Positions 47,083 through 59,239 are shown, numbered from the stretch's first letter. The stretch: DNA of 64,000 nt from Gammaproteobacteria bacterium (GCA_015488555.1 WFNO01000122.1:12300-76299), one strand, 5' to 3'. Translations and numbers: made by a program. The notes: generated by a model from the sequence alone, not told the origin.

Positions 47083-47356
47083 CAATCTCGCCCCGTTCGT
47101 GACCGGTTTCACAGAACGCCCCATCCGGCTTGCACCTGTGGGATCGCTCTGGTATGAGTGAAAACGGCCGGGGATTGTAGCGCATTCCGCGCCCCCGTGC
47201 AGCGTCCGTTCATGCCGGTATGATCAAGCGGGCAGGAGGCGCCTGTACCGGCAGGCCCCCGGCGACAGGGAATTCTGGCACGGATTTGGCTTGATTTCCT
47301 TCGACCGAAGATCCCACCGGGTCCCCGACCCGAGCATCCAGAGACGAGGCAGTCAC

Positions 47357-47992
47357 ATGGCATACACCAAGAAACAGGTCGTCAACCCCGTCATTGAACG
47401 CTTTTTGCAGCACTGCCACCGCCGGCGCTACCCCGCCAAGAGCATCATCATCTACGCCGGTGACGCTCCGGATTCCCTATATTACATCATCGAGGGCTCC
47501 GTCACGGTGCTCATCGAGGACGACGACGGTCACGAGATCGTGCTGGCCTATCTCAACGCCGGCGACTTCTTCGGTGAGATGGGCCTGTTCGAACAGGGGG
47601 CCAGCCGCAGCGCCTGGATCCGGGCCCGCACCCAATGCGAACTGGCGGAGATCCACTACGAGAAATTCCGCGAACTGGCCGCCCGCAACAGTGACATCTT
47701 GTTCGAACTGGCGGGACAGATGGCGGTGCGCCTGCGGCGCACCAGCAGCATGGTGGGCCGCCTGGCCTTCATGGACGTGGCCGGACGAGTGGCCCGCACC
47801 CTGCTGGATCTGTGCAAGGAACCCGATGCCATGACCCACCCGGACGGCATGCAGATCCGCATCACGCGCCAAGAACTGGCGCGCATCGTGGGCTGCTCGC
47901 GGGAAATGGTGGGACGCGTGCTGAAGAACATGGAAGCCCAGAACCTGATCTCGGCCCGAGGCAAGACCATCGTGGTCTTCGGGGCCCGCTGA
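47357..47992 (+). CDS. crp: cAMP receptor protein (CRP/Vfr)
   Basis: cNMP-binding domain (FGEMGLFE...RSAWIRART). [44 protein letters not shown] is near-identical in pattern to E. coli CRP. Confidence 0.92.
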   Translation: MAYTKKQVVNPVIERFLQHCHRRRYPAKSIIIYAGDAPDSLYYIIEGSVTVLIEDDDGHEIVLAYLNAGDFFGEMGLFEQGASRSAWIRARTQCELAEIHYEKFRELAARNSDILFELAGQMAVRLRRTSSMVGRLAFMDVAGRVARTLLDLCKEPDAMTHPDGMQIRITRQELARIVGCSREMVGRVLKNMEAQNLISARGKTIVVFGAR

Positions 47993-48179
47993 CCGCAGGC
48001 GGCCGAGCCGTTTCCGCGGCCGCCGTCCTGTTGCTATCTGGACATTTCCGAACGGGGCCCTGCATGAAATTCCCGCGTGAAAGCCCAGACGGCCAACCCG
48101 ACACGATGATTCTGGCAACGCCTTGCCCGGATCGACAGGGTGTTGCTAACCTTGCTCGGATGCAACCCGTCCGTCTCTG

Positions 48180-49271
48180 GTGACTCGTTTGCCCCGGCCC
48201 CTCGCACTTCTCCCCTCCTTTCTCCGCGCCTGTGCCTGCCTGCCCGCCCTCCTGTCCCCGCCACTGGTAGTGGTACTGGTGGCCGTTGGTGCAGGACCTC
48301 CTGCCCAGGCCGCGGATCAAGAAACCAGCGGGGCGCCTCCTTGTCGCGGGCAGGCATGCGATACGCCGCCACCTCCCCGCCTGCTGGCGCTGATCGACAA
48401 GACCCATGCCGGCATCTCGCGCGGCCTGTCCTCGGCGGTCACCCGGGTGGACCGATTCTTCGCCACGGAGAACGTGTTCGAGGAAATCAATACCAGCTAT
48501 GCCCGGGTGCCCCTGGACATGATCCTGGAAGAGAACGGCGAATACGTGTTCAAGGCACGGATCAAGGGTAAGCTCGACCTGCCTCACGCCAAGCGCCGCT
48601 TCAAGTTGATCATCGAAAGCACCGTGGTGGAAGACCTCTCCGAGACCGCCCCGCTGGCCGAGACACCACCCCAGGCGCTGGTAGAGAACGACTATTTCCT
48701 GTCCCTGGAAGTACAGCTCAAGAAAACCGGTCGCTGGAAGATCCGCCCCGCCACCGGCGTCGAATTCCGCTGGCCACCCGACCTCTTCGGGCGCCTGCGG
48801 GCCATCCGTTATTTCGCGCTCGGGCGGCGCTGGCTGGGGCGCTTCTCGTCCACCGCCGTCTATCTCCTGGAAGCCGGTGCGGAAGTCGAGGCCAACCAGC
48901 AATTCAGTCGGGCCCTGCACAAAAACTTCCTGTTTCGCAGCCAGTCCAGCCTGAAATGGACACAGGAGAAGACCTATACCGAAGCGGCACAGACCTTTTC
49001 CGTCTATCAGCACCTCTCTCGCCAGGCCAATCTCGCCTATCACTTCGGCATCTTTGCCAACGACCAGGCCGGGCACTGGCAGGTCTCGCAACACCGCTTG
49101 TGGATGCGTTACCGGCGCCTGATGTACAAGGACTGGCTGTTCATGGACCTGATCCCGGAACTGCGCTTCCCGCACGGGGAAGACTACCGGCCCACCTACT
49201 ACCTCACCTTGCGTATCGAGCCCGTGTTCGGCACCGCCCTGCCCGTGGAGAAACTACGGCGCAGCAACTAG
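48180..49271 (+). CDS. secreted hypothetical protein (beta-rich, possibly outer-membrane)
   Basis: GTG start. Signal-like N-terminus ending AQAAD. No recognisable catalytic motif. Confidence 0.45.
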   Translation: MTRLPRPLALLPSFLRACACLPALLSPPLVVVLVAVGAGPPAQAADQETSGAPPCRGQACDTPPPPRLLALIDKTHAGISRGLSSAVTRVDRFFATENVFEEINTSYARVPLDMILEENGEYVFKARIKGKLDLPHAKRRFKLIIESTVVEDLSETAPLAETPPQALVENDYFLSLEVQLKKTGRWKIRPATGVEFRWPPDLFGRLRAIRYFALGRRWLGRFSSTAVYLLEAGAEVEANQQFSRALHKNFLFRSQSSLKWTQEKTYTEAAQTFSVYQHLSRQANLAYHFGIFANDQAGHWQVSQHRLWMRYRRLMYKDWLFMDLIPELRFPHGEDYRPTYYLTLRIEPVFGTALPVEKLRRSN

Positions 49272-49330
49272 CACCTATCTCGAAAATCCCCATAGCCGCA
49301 CGGAATTTCGAGACAGATTCTAGAACACCG

Positions 49331-50416
49331 TCAACCTCCATTTTCGCCCGCCGCTCGTGGCGGCACCACCCGCGGCCCCAGCATGACAGAGATCCAACGG
49401 GTATCTTCGTGGCTGTCCAGGGCGATCTTCACGGCGATAGTGAGGGGCACCGACAGCAGCATGCCCACCGGTCCCAACACCCAGCCCCAGAACACCAAGG
49501 AAAGAAACACCACCAAGGTGGAGAGCCCCAGTCCCTGGCCCATGTAGCGCGGCTCCAGGATGGTGCCCACCACGACGTTCACCACCACATAGCCCAAAAT
49601 CACCAGCAGGCTGCTGCCCACCCCCAACTGCACCAGGGCCAGCAACACCGCTGGCACAGCAGCGATAATGGATCCGATGTTGGGCACGAAATTGAGTAGA
49701 AAGGCCAAAGTCCCCCACAACAAGGGATAGTCCACCCCCAGCATCCATAGCCACGCTGCCACCAGGACACCCGTGGCCAGACTGGTGAGGGCCTTGATGC
49801 CCATGTAATGGTTGATCTTGTCCATGATCACCCGCAATCGTTGCAGCGAGGCCTCGGGTTCCCGGAAAGCCACCCGCCACTTGTCCGGCAGACTGGCCCC
49901 CTCCATGAGCAGAAAGATCACCGTGATCAAGATCAGGAAACCGTTGGTGAGTATGCTGCCCATGCCACTGATGATGCCGGTGACCATCTTCATGGCCCCC
50001 GCGGGATCGAAAAAATTGCTGCTGAAATCCGCTGGCAAAACGATTCCCTGCCGCTCCATCCACTGCAGGACGGCTAGGCCGCTGTCGTGCAGGCGCTCCT
50101 GATAGCGCGGCAGATTACGCATGAAGTCGTCCACCGAGCTGCCCACCAGCAAGGCCAGCAACAGGACGAAGACCAGGGAACCGCTCACCACCGCCAGCAA
50201 GGCCAGCACGTTGTGCACCCCCCGCTGGCGCAGCCAGTTGAGGGGCTGGGCGATGATGATGGCGATGAACAGCGCCAACAGAAAAGGCACCAACAATGGC
50301 GCCGCCGCCCGCATGCCGGCAATGATCACCACGATGGCGGCGCAAACAATCAACACTCGTTCCGCCGCTGGTAAGGAAGAACGTACAGTCATGTCTTTGT
50401 TACACCCTTGCTCCAT
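49331..50416 (-). CDS. AI-2E family transporter (PerM/YhhT-like)
   Basis: 8-TM profile and an AI-2E/UPF0118-type central region. Confidence 0.8.
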   Translation of the reverse strand: MEQGCNKDMTVRSSLPAAERVLIVCAAIVVIIAGMRAAAPLLVPFLLALFIAIIIAQPLNWLRQRGVHNVLALLAVVSGSLVFVLLLALLVGSSVDDFMRNLPRYQERLHDSGLAVLQWMERQGIVLPADFSSNFFDPAGAMKMVTGIISGMGSILTNGFLILITVIFLLMEGASLPDKWRVAFREPEASLQRLRVIMDKINHYMGIKALTSLATGVLVAAWLWMLGVDYPLLWGTLAFLLNFVPNIGSIIAAVPAVLLALVQLGVGSSLLVILGYVVVNVVVGTILEPRYMGQGLGLSTLVVFLSLVFWGWVLGPVGMLLSVPLTIAVKIALDSHEDTRWISVMLGPRVVPPRAAGENGG

Positions 50417-51457
50417 TCAGCGAAAACGCCGCCGCAGATTACGCAAGGAGAAATCATGATCGTCGATCCCGGCGTTCACCTCCGGCTCCTGGATCTGATA
50501 GTGCACGAAGACCTGCACGGGCTTTTTCTTGCGCCGCAGATCGAAGAGCCGTTCGATGCGGCTTTCCAACACCACGTCCAGGGAGGCCAACAACCACACC
50601 TCGTCGATCTGCTGCCACTTGTAGTCGGCCTTCTTCACCACGCGTCCCTTGGCGTCGTAATAATCCCGGTAGGTGAGCCGACAGGTTCCCCAGTCACCGG
50701 TGCGGACGTAATAGGAGAGATATTTGACATATCCCGGCTGCGGCAGGCGGGGACGGCTCTCCACTTCGTAAGTGATCTGCCCGTGGGCCTGGCGCACGTC
50801 CAGCAAGGTATGCGCATCTTCCTCCGGGCGGCGCAGGGACAGATCTTCATTGATGAGTCCCCAGTGCATGTTGTCCTGCTCCCCCAGGGACAGGCGGCGC
50901 ACCCGCTGCAGGCGCTTGCTGTAGACCCACTGTTCCGGCAGTTTCCCCGAGTCCCAGGTATAGGTGATGCGCAGGTAGTTGTTGTCCCGATACTCCGGCG
51001 GCGCGACCGCGAAGAGCATGAGCTTGTCCCATACGTCGTTGCGCCCCCGGTATTGCTTCCATAAATAGACGAATTCCAGTTTGCGGGTCACGCGCCCCTT
51101 CTGGTTGCGGATGGTGAACACGAGGCGGCCGCGCTGATCCGTCCCCCGCTCCTTGTAATAACAGCCTTCCAGGATCTGCGCGAGATCCGGCCGCACCGGC
51201 TCGGTGGATCGATCGCTGGATCGATCGGGGGAAGATTCCGAGAACGGCTCCACACCCTCGTCCCCGGGTGAGGAGGCGAGAAGCGGCATGGCAGATCGCT
51301 CCTCTTCTTTGTCCCGAGCCGGAGGAGAAGACTGCTCGGCAGTGCGGGCAGGCGCGGGCAGGAGCAGAGAGAACAATAGTGCGCAGAGGATGATGAACTC
51401 CTGAAGGGCACACCGGATCTCGCCCGCCCCTGCCCCCTGCCGCCGGACAACGATCAC
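50417..51457 (-). CDS. secreted hypothetical protein, possibly LolA-like/outer-membrane lipoprotein-sorting fold
   Basis: Signal peptide, an acidic low-complexity segment, then a beta-rich domain. Immediately upstream of and contiguous with the AI-2E transporter gene. Confidence 0.4.
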   Translation of the reverse strand: MIVVRRQGAGAGEIRCALQEFIILCALLFSLLLPAPARTAEQSSPPARDKEEERSAMPLLASSPGDEGVEPFSESSPDRSSDRSTEPVRPDLAQILEGCYYKERGTDQRGRLVFTIRNQKGRVTRKLEFVYLWKQYRGRNDVWDKLMLFAVAPPEYRDNNYLRITYTWDSGKLPEQWVYSKRLQRVRRLSLGEQDNMHWGLINEDLSLRRPEEDAHTLLDVRQAHGQITYEVESRPRLPQPGYVKYLSYYVRTGDWGTCRLTYRDYYDAKGRVVKKADYKWQQIDEVWLLASLDVVLESRIERLFDLRRKKKPVQVFVHYQIQEPEVNAGIDDHDFSLRNLRRRFR

Positions 51458-51466
51458 GAGACCGGT

Positions 51467-52324
51467 TCAGGCGAACAACTCGCGCAGCCGCGCGCCCGGA
51501 TCGGGGGCGCGCATGAAGGCCTCTCCCACCAGGAAGGCGTGCACCCCGTGCGCGCGCATACGCGCCACGTCCGCGCGGGTCAGGATGCCGCTCTCGGTCA
51601 CCACCAGGCGGCCCGGCGGAATGGCGGGCAGCAGCTCCAGGGTGGTCTCCAGGCGGGTCTCGAAACTGCGCAGGTCGCGGTTGTTGATGCCCAGCAGCAC
51701 ATCGGGCAGGGACAGCACCCGCTCCAGCTCGCCGCAGTCGTGGACCTCCACCAGCACGTCCAATCCCAGCTCGCGCGCCAGGCGGGCCAATTCCTGCAAG
51801 CGGGAATCGTCCAGGGCGGCGGCGATGAGCAGGATACAATCCGCACCCAGCCAGCACGCCTCGTAGACCTGATAGGGATGGACGATGAAGTCCTTGCGCA
51901 ATACCGGCAGGCGGCAGGCCTCCCGGGCCTGCCGGAGATGGCCGGCCTCTCCCTGAAAGAAATCCCGGTCGGTGAGCACGGACAGGCAGGTGGCACCGCC
52001 CCGTTCATAGGCCGCCGCCAGGGCGGCCGGATCGAACTGGGCCCGCAACAATCCCTTGCTGGGCGAGGCGCGTTTGATCTCGGCGATCACCGCCGGCCGG
52101 CCGGCCGCCAACGCGGTCTGCAAGGCGGTGGCGAAACCGCGCACCGGCGGTGCCTGGGAAAGTTCCGCGCGCAAACGGGCCAGCGGCCGTAGGCGCTGGC
52201 ACTCGGCCACCTCTTCGGCCTTGCGCCGCAGGATCTTCTGCAGGATGTCCGGAGGATGCGCCGCTGCCGCCGTCCCGGTGCCGCCGGAAGTGGAATCGGA
52301 AGTGGAACCGAAAGTGGATGTCAT
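51467..52324 (-). CDS. trpC: indole-3-glycerol phosphate synthase
   Basis: [13 protein letters not shown]...[12 protein letters not shown]...VLRKDFIV. Confidence 0.92.
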   Translation of the reverse strand: MTSTFGSTSDSTSGGTGTAAAAHPPDILQKILRRKAEEVAECQRLRPLARLRAELSQAPPVRGFATALQTALAAGRPAVIAEIKRASPSKGLLRAQFDPAALAAAYERGGATCLSVLTDRDFFQGEAGHLRQAREACRLPVLRKDFIVHPYQVYEACWLGADCILLIAAALDDSRLQELARLARELGLDVLVEVHDCGELERVLSLPDVLLGINNRDLRSFETRLETTLELLPAIPPGRLVVTESGILTRADVARMRAHGVHAFLVGEAFMRAPDPGARLRELFA

Positions 52325-53358
52325 CGCGCCCCCTGTCGCCCGCCCAGCGCCCGGGTCAGATCCACCAAGGAGTGGAGCTTGTCGGCCGCCGCGCCGCTGG
52401 CCAGCACGTCCCGGGCCTGTTCCACGCCGCTGGCCAGGCTCTCCGCCACGCCGGCGGCATAGAGCGCGGCACCGGCATTGAGGGCCACCACATCGGCCGC
52501 CGGCCCCTCGTCCCCGGACAGGACCTGGCGCATGCGCTCCAGGCTCTGGGTCGCATCCGCCACCACCAGGTCCCGCAGATCCCCGCGCATCAGGCCGAAC
52601 TGTTCGGGCGTGATGGTGTAGCGGCGTACCTCACCGTCGCACAGTTCCGCCACCTGCGTGGGGGCGGCGATGCTGATCTCGTCCAGGCCGTCTTCGGCAT
52701 GCACCACCAGCACATGGCGACTGCCCAGGCGCTCCAGCACCCGGGCCAGGGGCTCCAGCCAGCGGTCGTCGAACACTCCGACCACTTGATGGGGCGCACC
52801 GGCCGGATTGGTGAGCGGCCCCAGCAGATTGAAGATGGTCCGCACGCCCATCTCGCGCCGGGGGCCGATGGCGTGTTTCATGGCCCCGTGGTGCAGGGGC
52901 GCGAACATGAAACCCACGCCCACTTCCTCGATGCAGCGGGCCACCTGTTCCGGGCCCAGCTCCAGACACACCCCGGCGGCCTCCAGGACGTCGGCGCTGC
53001 CGGACCTGCTGGAGACGGAACGGTTGCCGTGTTTGGCCACCCGGGCCCCGCCGGCCGCAGCCACGAAGGCGCTGGCGGTGGAGATGTTGAAGGTCTCCGC
53101 CCCGTCACCACCGGTACCACAGGTGTCCACCAGGCGTTCCACGGACAACCGCACCGGGGTGGCCAGTTCGCGCATGACGCGGGCGGCGGCGGCGATCTCC
53201 TCCACGGTCTCGCCCTTCATGCGCAGGCCCACTAGGAAACCGCCGATCTGGGCTGGGGTGGCCTCGCCGCCCATGATGGCCCGCATCACCTCGGTCATCT
53301 CTGCCGCCGTGAGGTCGCGGCCCTCGGTCACGGCCCGTATGGCTTGTTGGACGTTCAT
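52321..53358 (-). CDS. trpD: anthranilate phosphoribosyltransferase
   Basis: [36 protein letters not shown]. Confidence 0.93.
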   Translation of the reverse strand: MNVQQAIRAVTEGRDLTAAEMTEVMRAIMGGEATPAQIGGFLVGLRMKGETVEEIAAAARVMRELATPVRLSVERLVDTCGTGGDGAETFNISTASAFVAAAGGARVAKHGNRSVSSRSGSADVLEAAGVCLELGPEQVARCIEEVGVGFMFAPLHHGAMKHAIGPRREMGVRTIFNLLGPLTNPAGAPHQVVGVFDDRWLEPLARVLERLGSRHVLVVHAEDGLDEISIAAPTQVAELCDGEVRRYTITPEQFGLMRGDLRDLVVADATQSLERMRQVLSGDEGPAADVVALNAGAALYAAGVAESLASGVEQARDVLASGAAADKLHSLVDLTRALGGRQGAR

Positions 53359-53981
53359 GCGCGTTGCTCGGGAGTGTGCGGGCCTTTGCCCGTATCTTCC
53401 GCATTATACTCCAAAAAATTTCTCAGCAGCGCGTGCCCGTATTGGGTGAGGATGGACTCCGGATGGAACTGCACCCCCTCCACCGCCAGTGTGCGGTGGC
53501 GTACGCCCATGATCTCGTCCAGGCCGCCGTCCTCGCGTTCCGTCCAGGCGGTGATCTCCAGGCATTCCGGCAGACTGTCCTGCTCCAGCACCAGGGAATG
53601 ATAGCGGGTCGCCTCGAAGGGACTGGGCAGGCCGCGGAACACTCCCCGTCCCTGGTGATGGATGAGGGAGGTCTTGCCGTGCATCACCTGCCGCGCGCGC
53701 ACCACACGGCCGCCGAAGGCCTGGCCGATGCTCTGATGTCCCAGGCACACGCCGAGGATGGGCACGCGGCCGGCGAACTCGCGAATCACCGCCAGTGAGA
53801 TTCCCGCCTCGTTGGGAGTACAGGGCCCGGGCGAGATGACGATGTGACGCGGCGCCAGGGCATGGATGTCCGGCAGGTCGATACGGTCGTTGCGATAGAC
53901 CTGCACCTCCACCCCCAGCTCGCCCAGATACTGGACCAGGTTGTAGGTAAAAGAATCGTAATTGTCGATCATGAGGACCAT
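53355..53981 (-). CDS. trpG: anthranilate synthase component II / aminodeoxychorismate synthase glutamine amidotransferase
   Basis: [19 protein letters not shown]...[15 protein letters not shown]. Internal ATG at 53981, 12 nt after the trpE stop. Confidence 0.9.
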   Translation of the reverse strand: MVLMIDNYDSFTYNLVQYLGELGVEVQVYRNDRIDLPDIHALAPRHIVISPGPCTPNEAGISLAVIREFAGRVPILGVCLGHQSIGQAFGGRVVRARQVMHGKTSLIHHQGRGVFRGLPSPFEATRYHSLVLEQDSLPECLEITAWTEREDGGLDEIMGVRHRTLAVEGVQFHPESILTQYGHALLRNFLEYNAEDTGKGPHTPEQRA

Positions 53982-53992
53982 GGCCCGATCGC

Positions 53993-55537
53993 TCACCCCC
54001 CCGTGCCTCCGTTGCCAGTGCCGGCCCCGCCGCTGGACGGCGCCGGGACGGTGTCCAACTCGAGCCCGGCGGCGGCCAGGGCCGCGGCCCGGAACATGGC
54101 ACGCCCCTTGTTCAGGGTCTCTTCCCATTCCCGCGCCGGGATGGAATCGGCGACGATACCGGCGCCGGCCTGGATGTGGAGCCAGCCGTCCTTGATCACG
54201 GCGGTGCGGATGGCGATGGCGGTGTCCATGTTACCGTGCCAGCCCAGATAACCCACGGCCCCGGCGTAGATGCCCCGCCTGACGGGTTCCAGTTCATCGA
54301 TGATCTCCATGGCGCGGATCTTGGGGGCGCCGCTCACAGTGCCGGCCGGGAAGGTGGCGCGCAGCACGTCCATGGCACTGAGGCCGGACCGCAGGCGACC
54401 GGTCACGTTGGAGACGATGTGCATGACGTGGGAATAGCGCTCGATGACCATCTGCTCGGTCACGGCCACACTGCCCACTTCCGCCACCCGGCCCACGTCG
54501 TTGCGCCCCAGATCGATGAGCATGAGGTGTTCGGCGCGCTCCTTGGGGTCGGCCAGCAATTCCTCCTCCAGCCGCCGGTCCTCGGCCTCGTCGCGGCCGC
54601 GTGGGCGGGTGCCGGCGATGGGGCGGACGGTCACCAGACCGTGTTCCAGGTGTACCAGGATCTCGGGCGAAGAACCCACCACGTGGCAATCTCCCAGGTG
54701 CAGATAATACATGTAGGGAGAAGGGTTGAGGCCGCGCAGGGCGCGGTACAGATCCAGGGGCGGGGCGGTGAAGGGCAGGCTCATGCGTTGGGCGAGCACC
54801 ACCTGCATGACGTCTCCCGCGGCGATGTAGTCGCGGATACGCTCAACGGCCGCCTCGAAATCGGGACGGCTGAATCCAGAGACGAAGTCGGACTCGCGCA
54901 CCTGCACCCGGGCGGCGGGCGGCGGGGCTTGCAGGGGGCGGGTCAAGGCCTCTTGCAAGGCATCCAGGCGGCTGCAGGCCTGTTCCCAGCCTTGCGGGTT
55001 GCGGGCGTCGGCATGGACGATGAGATAGAGCCGACCGCGCAGGTTGTCGAACACCGCCACCTCCTCGGACAGCAACAGCAGGATGTCCGGCGTCTCCAGG
55101 GGGTCGAGCTTGTCCGCGGACGCCAGCCGCGGTTCGATGTAACGTATGGTGTCGTAGGCGAAATACCCCACCAGTCCGCCGGAGAAGCGCGGCAGTTCGG
55201 GATAGGCCGCTACCCGGAACCCCGCCAGCCACTCCTCGATCCAGGCCAGGGGATCATCGTGCCGGAGGCGTTCCACCACGACCCCGTCCCGCTCCAGCTC
55301 GATCCGCGGGCCGCGCACCCGCAACACGGTGCGGGACGACAGACCGATGATGGAATAACGGCCCCATTTCTCCCCGCCCTGGACGGACTCCAGCAGATAG
55401 GAATACGGCCCCCCGGCGAGCTTGAGATAGACGCTCAGGGGGGTGTCCAGATCTGCCAGCACCTCGCGCATCACCGGCACGTGGGTATACCCTTGGCGTA
55501 CCAGCTCCTCGAAATGCGCCCGCGCCGGCAGGACCAT
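53993..55537 (-). CDS. trpE: anthranilate synthase component I
   Basis: [14 protein letters not shown]... and the C-terminal chorismate-binding [19 protein letters not shown]. Confidence 0.92.
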   Translation of the reverse strand: MVLPARAHFEELVRQGYTHVPVMREVLADLDTPLSVYLKLAGGPYSYLLESVQGGEKWGRYSIIGLSSRTVLRVRGPRIELERDGVVVERLRHDDPLAWIEEWLAGFRVAAYPELPRFSGGLVGYFAYDTIRYIEPRLASADKLDPLETPDILLLLSEEVAVFDNLRGRLYLIVHADARNPQGWEQACSRLDALQEALTRPLQAPPPAARVQVRESDFVSGFSRPDFEAAVERIRDYIAAGDVMQVVLAQRMSLPFTAPPLDLYRALRGLNPSPYMYYLHLGDCHVVGSSPEILVHLEHGLVTVRPIAGTRPRGRDEAEDRRLEEELLADPKERAEHLMLIDLGRNDVGRVAEVGSVAVTEQMVIERYSHVMHIVSNVTGRLRSGLSAMDVLRATFPAGTVSGAPKIRAMEIIDELEPVRRGIYAGAVGYLGWHGNMDTAIAIRTAVIKDGWLHIQAGAGIVADSIPAREWEETLNKGRAMFRAAALAAAGLELDTVPAPSSGGAGTGNGGTGG

Positions 55538-55539
55538 CT

Positions 55540-56271
55540 CTATCCACCCCGTTCCGCGACCCAGTCCGCATCCGCTGCATCCCGGGGGGCCAGCAGATTC
55601 GGCAGTTGCGCCAGAGAATCGACGACCGCATCGGGCCGTGCCTCGCGGATGTCCTGGCCGTGGTTGTAACCATAGGGCACGCAGACTACGCGGAAACCGG
55701 CGGCGCGCGCCGCCTGCACGTCGTTGATGGAATCACCCACCATGAGGGCGTGTTGCGGCGCCACGCCGAAGAAGCAGGCCGCATGGAGCAAGGGCGCCGG
55801 ATCCGGTTTCTTGCGCGGCAGGGTGTCTCCGCTGACCACGAGGCGAAAATAGCGGTCCAGGCCCAGTTGCTCCAGCAGCGGCTCCGTGAAACGCGCCGGT
55901 TTGTTGGTGACACAGGCCAGGGGATAACCCGCCGCCTCCAGTGCCTTCAGGCCCGCCTCGACACCCGGGAAAGGGCGGCTGCGCCGACATACGTTTTCCT
56001 GATAGGCTTGCAGGAATATGGGGTAACCCCGCTGGAACAGTTCTTCGGGCGGCTCGCCCTCGTAACGCCCCACCAGGGCCCGGCGCACCAGGCGCTCGGC
56101 ACCGTTGCCGATCCACTCCCGCACCCGCGCTTCCGGATGCGGTGGCATACCCAAGGCCCGCAGCATCGCATTGACGGCATCCGCCAGGTCAGGCACCGTG
56201 TCCACCAGCGTGCCGTCCAGGTCGATGAGGATCATCTCCGGCGCAGGCAGCCGGACAGACCCCCGGTTCAT
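55540..56271 (-). CDS. gph: phosphoglycolate phosphatase (HAD)
   Basis: [14 protein letters not shown] motif I and [16 protein letters not shown] motif IV. Confidence 0.82.
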   Translation of the reverse strand: MNRGSVRLPAPEMILIDLDGTLVDTVPDLADAVNAMLRALGMPPHPEARVREWIGNGAERLVRRALVGRYEGEPPEELFQRGYPIFLQAYQENVCRRSRPFPGVEAGLKALEAAGYPLACVTNKPARFTEPLLEQLGLDRYFRLVVSGDTLPRKKPDPAPLLHAACFFGVAPQHALMVGDSINDVQAARAAGFRVVCVPYGYNHGQDIREARPDAVVDSLAQLPNLLAPRDAADADWVAERGG

Positions 56272-56948
56272 CCCGCAGGCACCTTGGCCAGCTCCGCTCG
56301 CATAGCGGCGATGGTGGCCCGATAGTCGTCGGTGCCGAAAATGGCGGAACCGGCCACGAAGGTATCGGCACCGGCCTCGGCGATGGCCTGGATGTTGTCG
56401 ACCTTGACCCCGCCGTCGATCTCCAGCCGGATGTCCAGACCGCTGTCGTCGATGAGACGGCGCGCCTCGCGCAGTTTGTCCAGCGCCGAAGGGATGAAAC
56501 TCTGGCCGCCGAAACCGGGGTTCACCGACATCAGCAACACCATGTCCACCTTGTCCATCACGTAGCGCAGATAATCCAGGGGAGTGGCCGGATTGAACAC
56601 CAGGCCGGACTTGCAGCCACAGTCGCGGATGAGCTGCAGGGTGCGGTCGATGTGCTCGCTGGCCTCGGGATGAAATGTGATATACGTGGCCCCAGCCTTG
56701 GCGAAGTCGGGAATGATACGATCCACTGGCTTGACCATGAGATGTACGTCGATGTCAGCCTCTACTCCGTGCTTGCGCAGGGCCTCGCACACCAACGGCC
56801 CGATGGTGAGATTGGGCACGTAATGGTTGTCCATGACATCGAAGTGGATGATGTCGGCGCCCGCTTCCAGCACGGCGTTCACCTCCTCTCCCAGGCGGGC
56901 GAAATCCGCGGACAGAATGGACGGCGCAATGAGATAGTCTTTCTTCAT
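56268..56948 (-). CDS. rpe: ribulose-phosphate 3-epimerase
   Basis: [17 protein letters not shown]...[16 protein letters not shown]...[14 protein letters not shown]. Confidence 0.93.
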   Translation of the reverse strand: MKKDYLIAPSILSADFARLGEEVNAVLEAGADIIHFDVMDNHYVPNLTIGPLVCEALRKHGVEADIDVHLMVKPVDRIIPDFAKAGATYITFHPEASEHIDRTLQLIRDCGCKSGLVFNPATPLDYLRYVMDKVDMVLLMSVNPGFGGQSFIPSALDKLREARRLIDDSGLDIRLEIDGGVKVDNIQAIAEAGADTFVAGSAIFGTDDYRATIAAMRAELAKVPAG

Positions 56949-57047
56949 GTCAGCCCCCAGCGTCACTTTGGCGTCACTTTCGAGTTCGAAAACAAGCGGA
57001 TAACTTTAACCTATCGGACAGCGCTTTGCACGGCCGCCCTTAACCGG

Positions 57048-57184
57048 CTGTTGAAATTCTACTCACGCGACGCGATCCGGTGTTAAAAATGGCCTCGAAA
57101 TGCTCATTTACCATTTGTAAACTGCGCTTTTTCAGCCATTTTCGCCTTGTCTCGCACTCGCCTGAGCGAATTTCAACAAGCCTG
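57048..57184. repeat. MITE-like palindromic repeat, copy 3 of 3, in the divergent rpe / hydrolase intergenic region
   Basis: Aligns to copies 1 and 2 with the same TGTTGAAATTC...GAATTTCAAC termini. Confidence 0.8.
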
Positions 57185-57219
57185 TCAAGCGGGGCGGGGT
57201 TCATGCCGACAAACGGGAC

Positions 57220-58110
57220 ATGAAGTCGCGCCCGTACGTCTTGTTGTTGCTGTCGGCTGCGGCGGCCGGTTCGCTGCCGGCCGCCGCAGCCACACCAGCG
57301 CCACCCGCCACGGATCCGGCACCTGCGGCGACTCCCTCTTCCGAACGGCCACCTGCAACCGCACCGGAAGAAGTACTGGCAAGGCTGCTCGCAGGCCGGC
57401 TGGCGCCCGGTACGGAACTGCTGTGGCTGGAAGGGGACGGCGGCCGTCATCTGGCGCTGCTACGCCCAGCCGCCCGCGCCCGGCCGCAGGGCAACGTCCT
57501 GCTGCTGCCCGGCCGCAGCGGACAGCCGGCCTGGCCCGAAGTCGTGAGACCTCTACTATGGACGTTGTCCCGTTACGGCTGGAACGTGCTGGCCCCCTAT
57601 CTGCCCCTGCCGCCGGACGATCCCGAGGACCGCGAGGATTGGTTACTGGACATCGAGCAGCGCCTGGACGCCGCCCGCACCCATCTCGCCGGCCTCAGGG
57701 CCGACGGCCCTCTGGTGGCTGTGGGTTACGAACACGGTGCGGCCATCGCCCAGCACTACGCGCAGCGCCGCCCCCAGGCCCTGCACGCTTTGGCCGCCAT
57801 CAGCCCCATGCCGCTGCTGGGCGAGGACCATCTGCCCCTGCCCGTTCTACCCCTACTGGACATGCACGGCACACTCGAGTTACCTCACATCCAGGCCTTG
57901 GTGGCAAAGCGCGCCTTGCATGCCCGGCGCCAGGGACGTTTCTCGCCGGGCGCCCATCCCTCTTATCGGCTGATCACCATCGCCGGTGCGGAACACGGGT
58001 ACCGAGGCTTCGAGGCCGAGCTGGGCAAGCGCCTGCTGGGCTGGCTGCGCAGTCAGACGGAAGCGAACGGACCCATCACGCACTCGCCGATCACAGATCC
58101 AGGGCCTTAA
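57220..58110 (+). CDS. secreted alpha/beta-hydrolase-fold protein (DUF3530-like)
   Basis: Signal peptide MKSRPYVLLLLSAAAAGSLPAAAA, a Pro/Ala-rich linker and a hydrolase-like core. Confidence 0.55.
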   Translation: MKSRPYVLLLLSAAAAGSLPAAAATPAPPATDPAPAATPSSERPPATAPEEVLARLLAGRLAPGTELLWLEGDGGRHLALLRPAARARPQGNVLLLPGRSGQPAWPEVVRPLLWTLSRYGWNVLAPYLPLPPDDPEDREDWLLDIEQRLDAARTHLAGLRADGPLVAVGYEHGAAIAQHYAQRRPQALHALAAISPMPLLGEDHLPLPVLPLLDMHGTLELPHIQALVAKRALHARRQGRFSPGAHPSYRLITIAGAEHGYRGFEAELGKRLLGWLRSQTEANGPITHSPITDPGP

Positions 58111-58192
58111 GTCCTGCGAAAACCTGTCCCCATCCCGAAAAAGACAGAGGGGCCATCAGGGCCCCTCCATCAGCTTGGTCAGCCTTTTTTCT

Positions 58193-59239
58193 TCAGGCTT
58201 CTTTCTCGATCAGATTGAAACGCAACAGGGTCTTTTTCACAGCCCACCAGCTCACCCCAAAGACCACCAGGGTAACCACGATGTCAAACATGGAAGTCAT
58301 GGGATAGTGGTAATACTGCGGATCGATAGAACCAGCGATCCAGGTATAACGCTCAATCCAGGTCCCCAGGACGATGGAAAAAGCCACCATCGTAATGATC
58401 ACCGGATTGTGGCGGTTGGGCGTGATCACCAGAGTACAGAAGGGGATGATGAACTTGAGTGTCAGGAAGGTCCACCACAACGGACCGAAACCTTCGTACA
58501 TCATGTTGTCAAAACGATACATCTCCTCGGGCAGGCGGCCATACCACATAATGAGATACTGGGTGAAGTAGAGATAGGTCCAGAGAATGGTCATAGCCAG
58601 CATGAACTGGGCCATGTAATTGAAAATGTAGTGCTGGAAAGGCTTGGTCAACCTGCCAGAGCGGTGAAGAAAAAATAAGAATATGGTGAAGGCAGCCAAA
58701 AACATATGGAAATTGCTCTGAAAATGATAGGCGGCATAGCTGGCACTGTGCCAATTGGGCGTCATGGTCATCTCGAAGTCCCAAGCCACCATGGAACCAT
58801 AGATGAAATAGGCGAAGGGAATCAGCAGAGCGATGTTACGAAACCGGCGCTGCACCACTGGCGATGAATCCACTTCGCTCAAGTACTGGTACTTGATAAA
58901 CAAGCCATAAAGCACCGCGACGATGATGAAACCAATAATCTGGCGCCAAACCAGAAAGGTGTAGTTATGCCAGCCGGGCAGGTGGTGCTCGCCTTCACCG
59001 GAATGGGCATCGGCCAGCCACTGGAAAGTGGCTTCACCATTGGCGAGCAGAATCAACAGCAGGACTCCAGCGATGGGAAACAAGACCGCAAAAGAGCAGG
59101 CCAGATGACGCACTTGAAAACGCCATTTGCCGTTGACCAGATGGAGTACGGACGAAAAGGTCACCCCTCCCAAGGCCAGATACAGGATGATCAGGAAATT
59201 CGTCGTCAATACCGACCAACTACCGAAATTTTCTTCCAT
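58193..59239 (-). CDS. actF: alternative complex III subunit ActF (NrfD-like membrane subunit)
   Basis: Polytopic NrfD/PsrC-like protein, last gene after actE. Confidence 0.75.
   Translation of the reverse strand: MEENFGSWSVLTTNFLIILYLALGGVTFSSVLHLVNGKWRFQVRHLACSFAVLFPIAGVLLLILLANGEATFQWLADAHSGEGEHHLPGWHNYTFLVWRQIIGFIIVAVLYGLFIKYQYLSEVDSSPVVQRRFRNIALLIPFAYFIYGSMVAWDFEMTMTPNWHSASYAAYHFQSNFHMFLAAFTIFLFFLHRSGRLTKPFQHYIFNYMAQFMLAMTILWTYLYFTQYLIMWYGRLPEEMYRFDNMMYEGFGPLWWTFLTLKFIIPFCTLVITPNRHNPVIITMVAFSIVLGTWIERYTWIAGSIDPQYYHYPMTSMFDIVVTLVVFGVSWWAVKKTLLRFNLIEKEA

Noticed and set aside
57147-58307. 386-aa plus-strand ORF overlapping the alpha/beta-hydrolase gene in another frame.
   Set aside because: Arg/Pro/Ala-rich, no features. 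The in-frame hydrolase ORF has a signal peptide and RBS.
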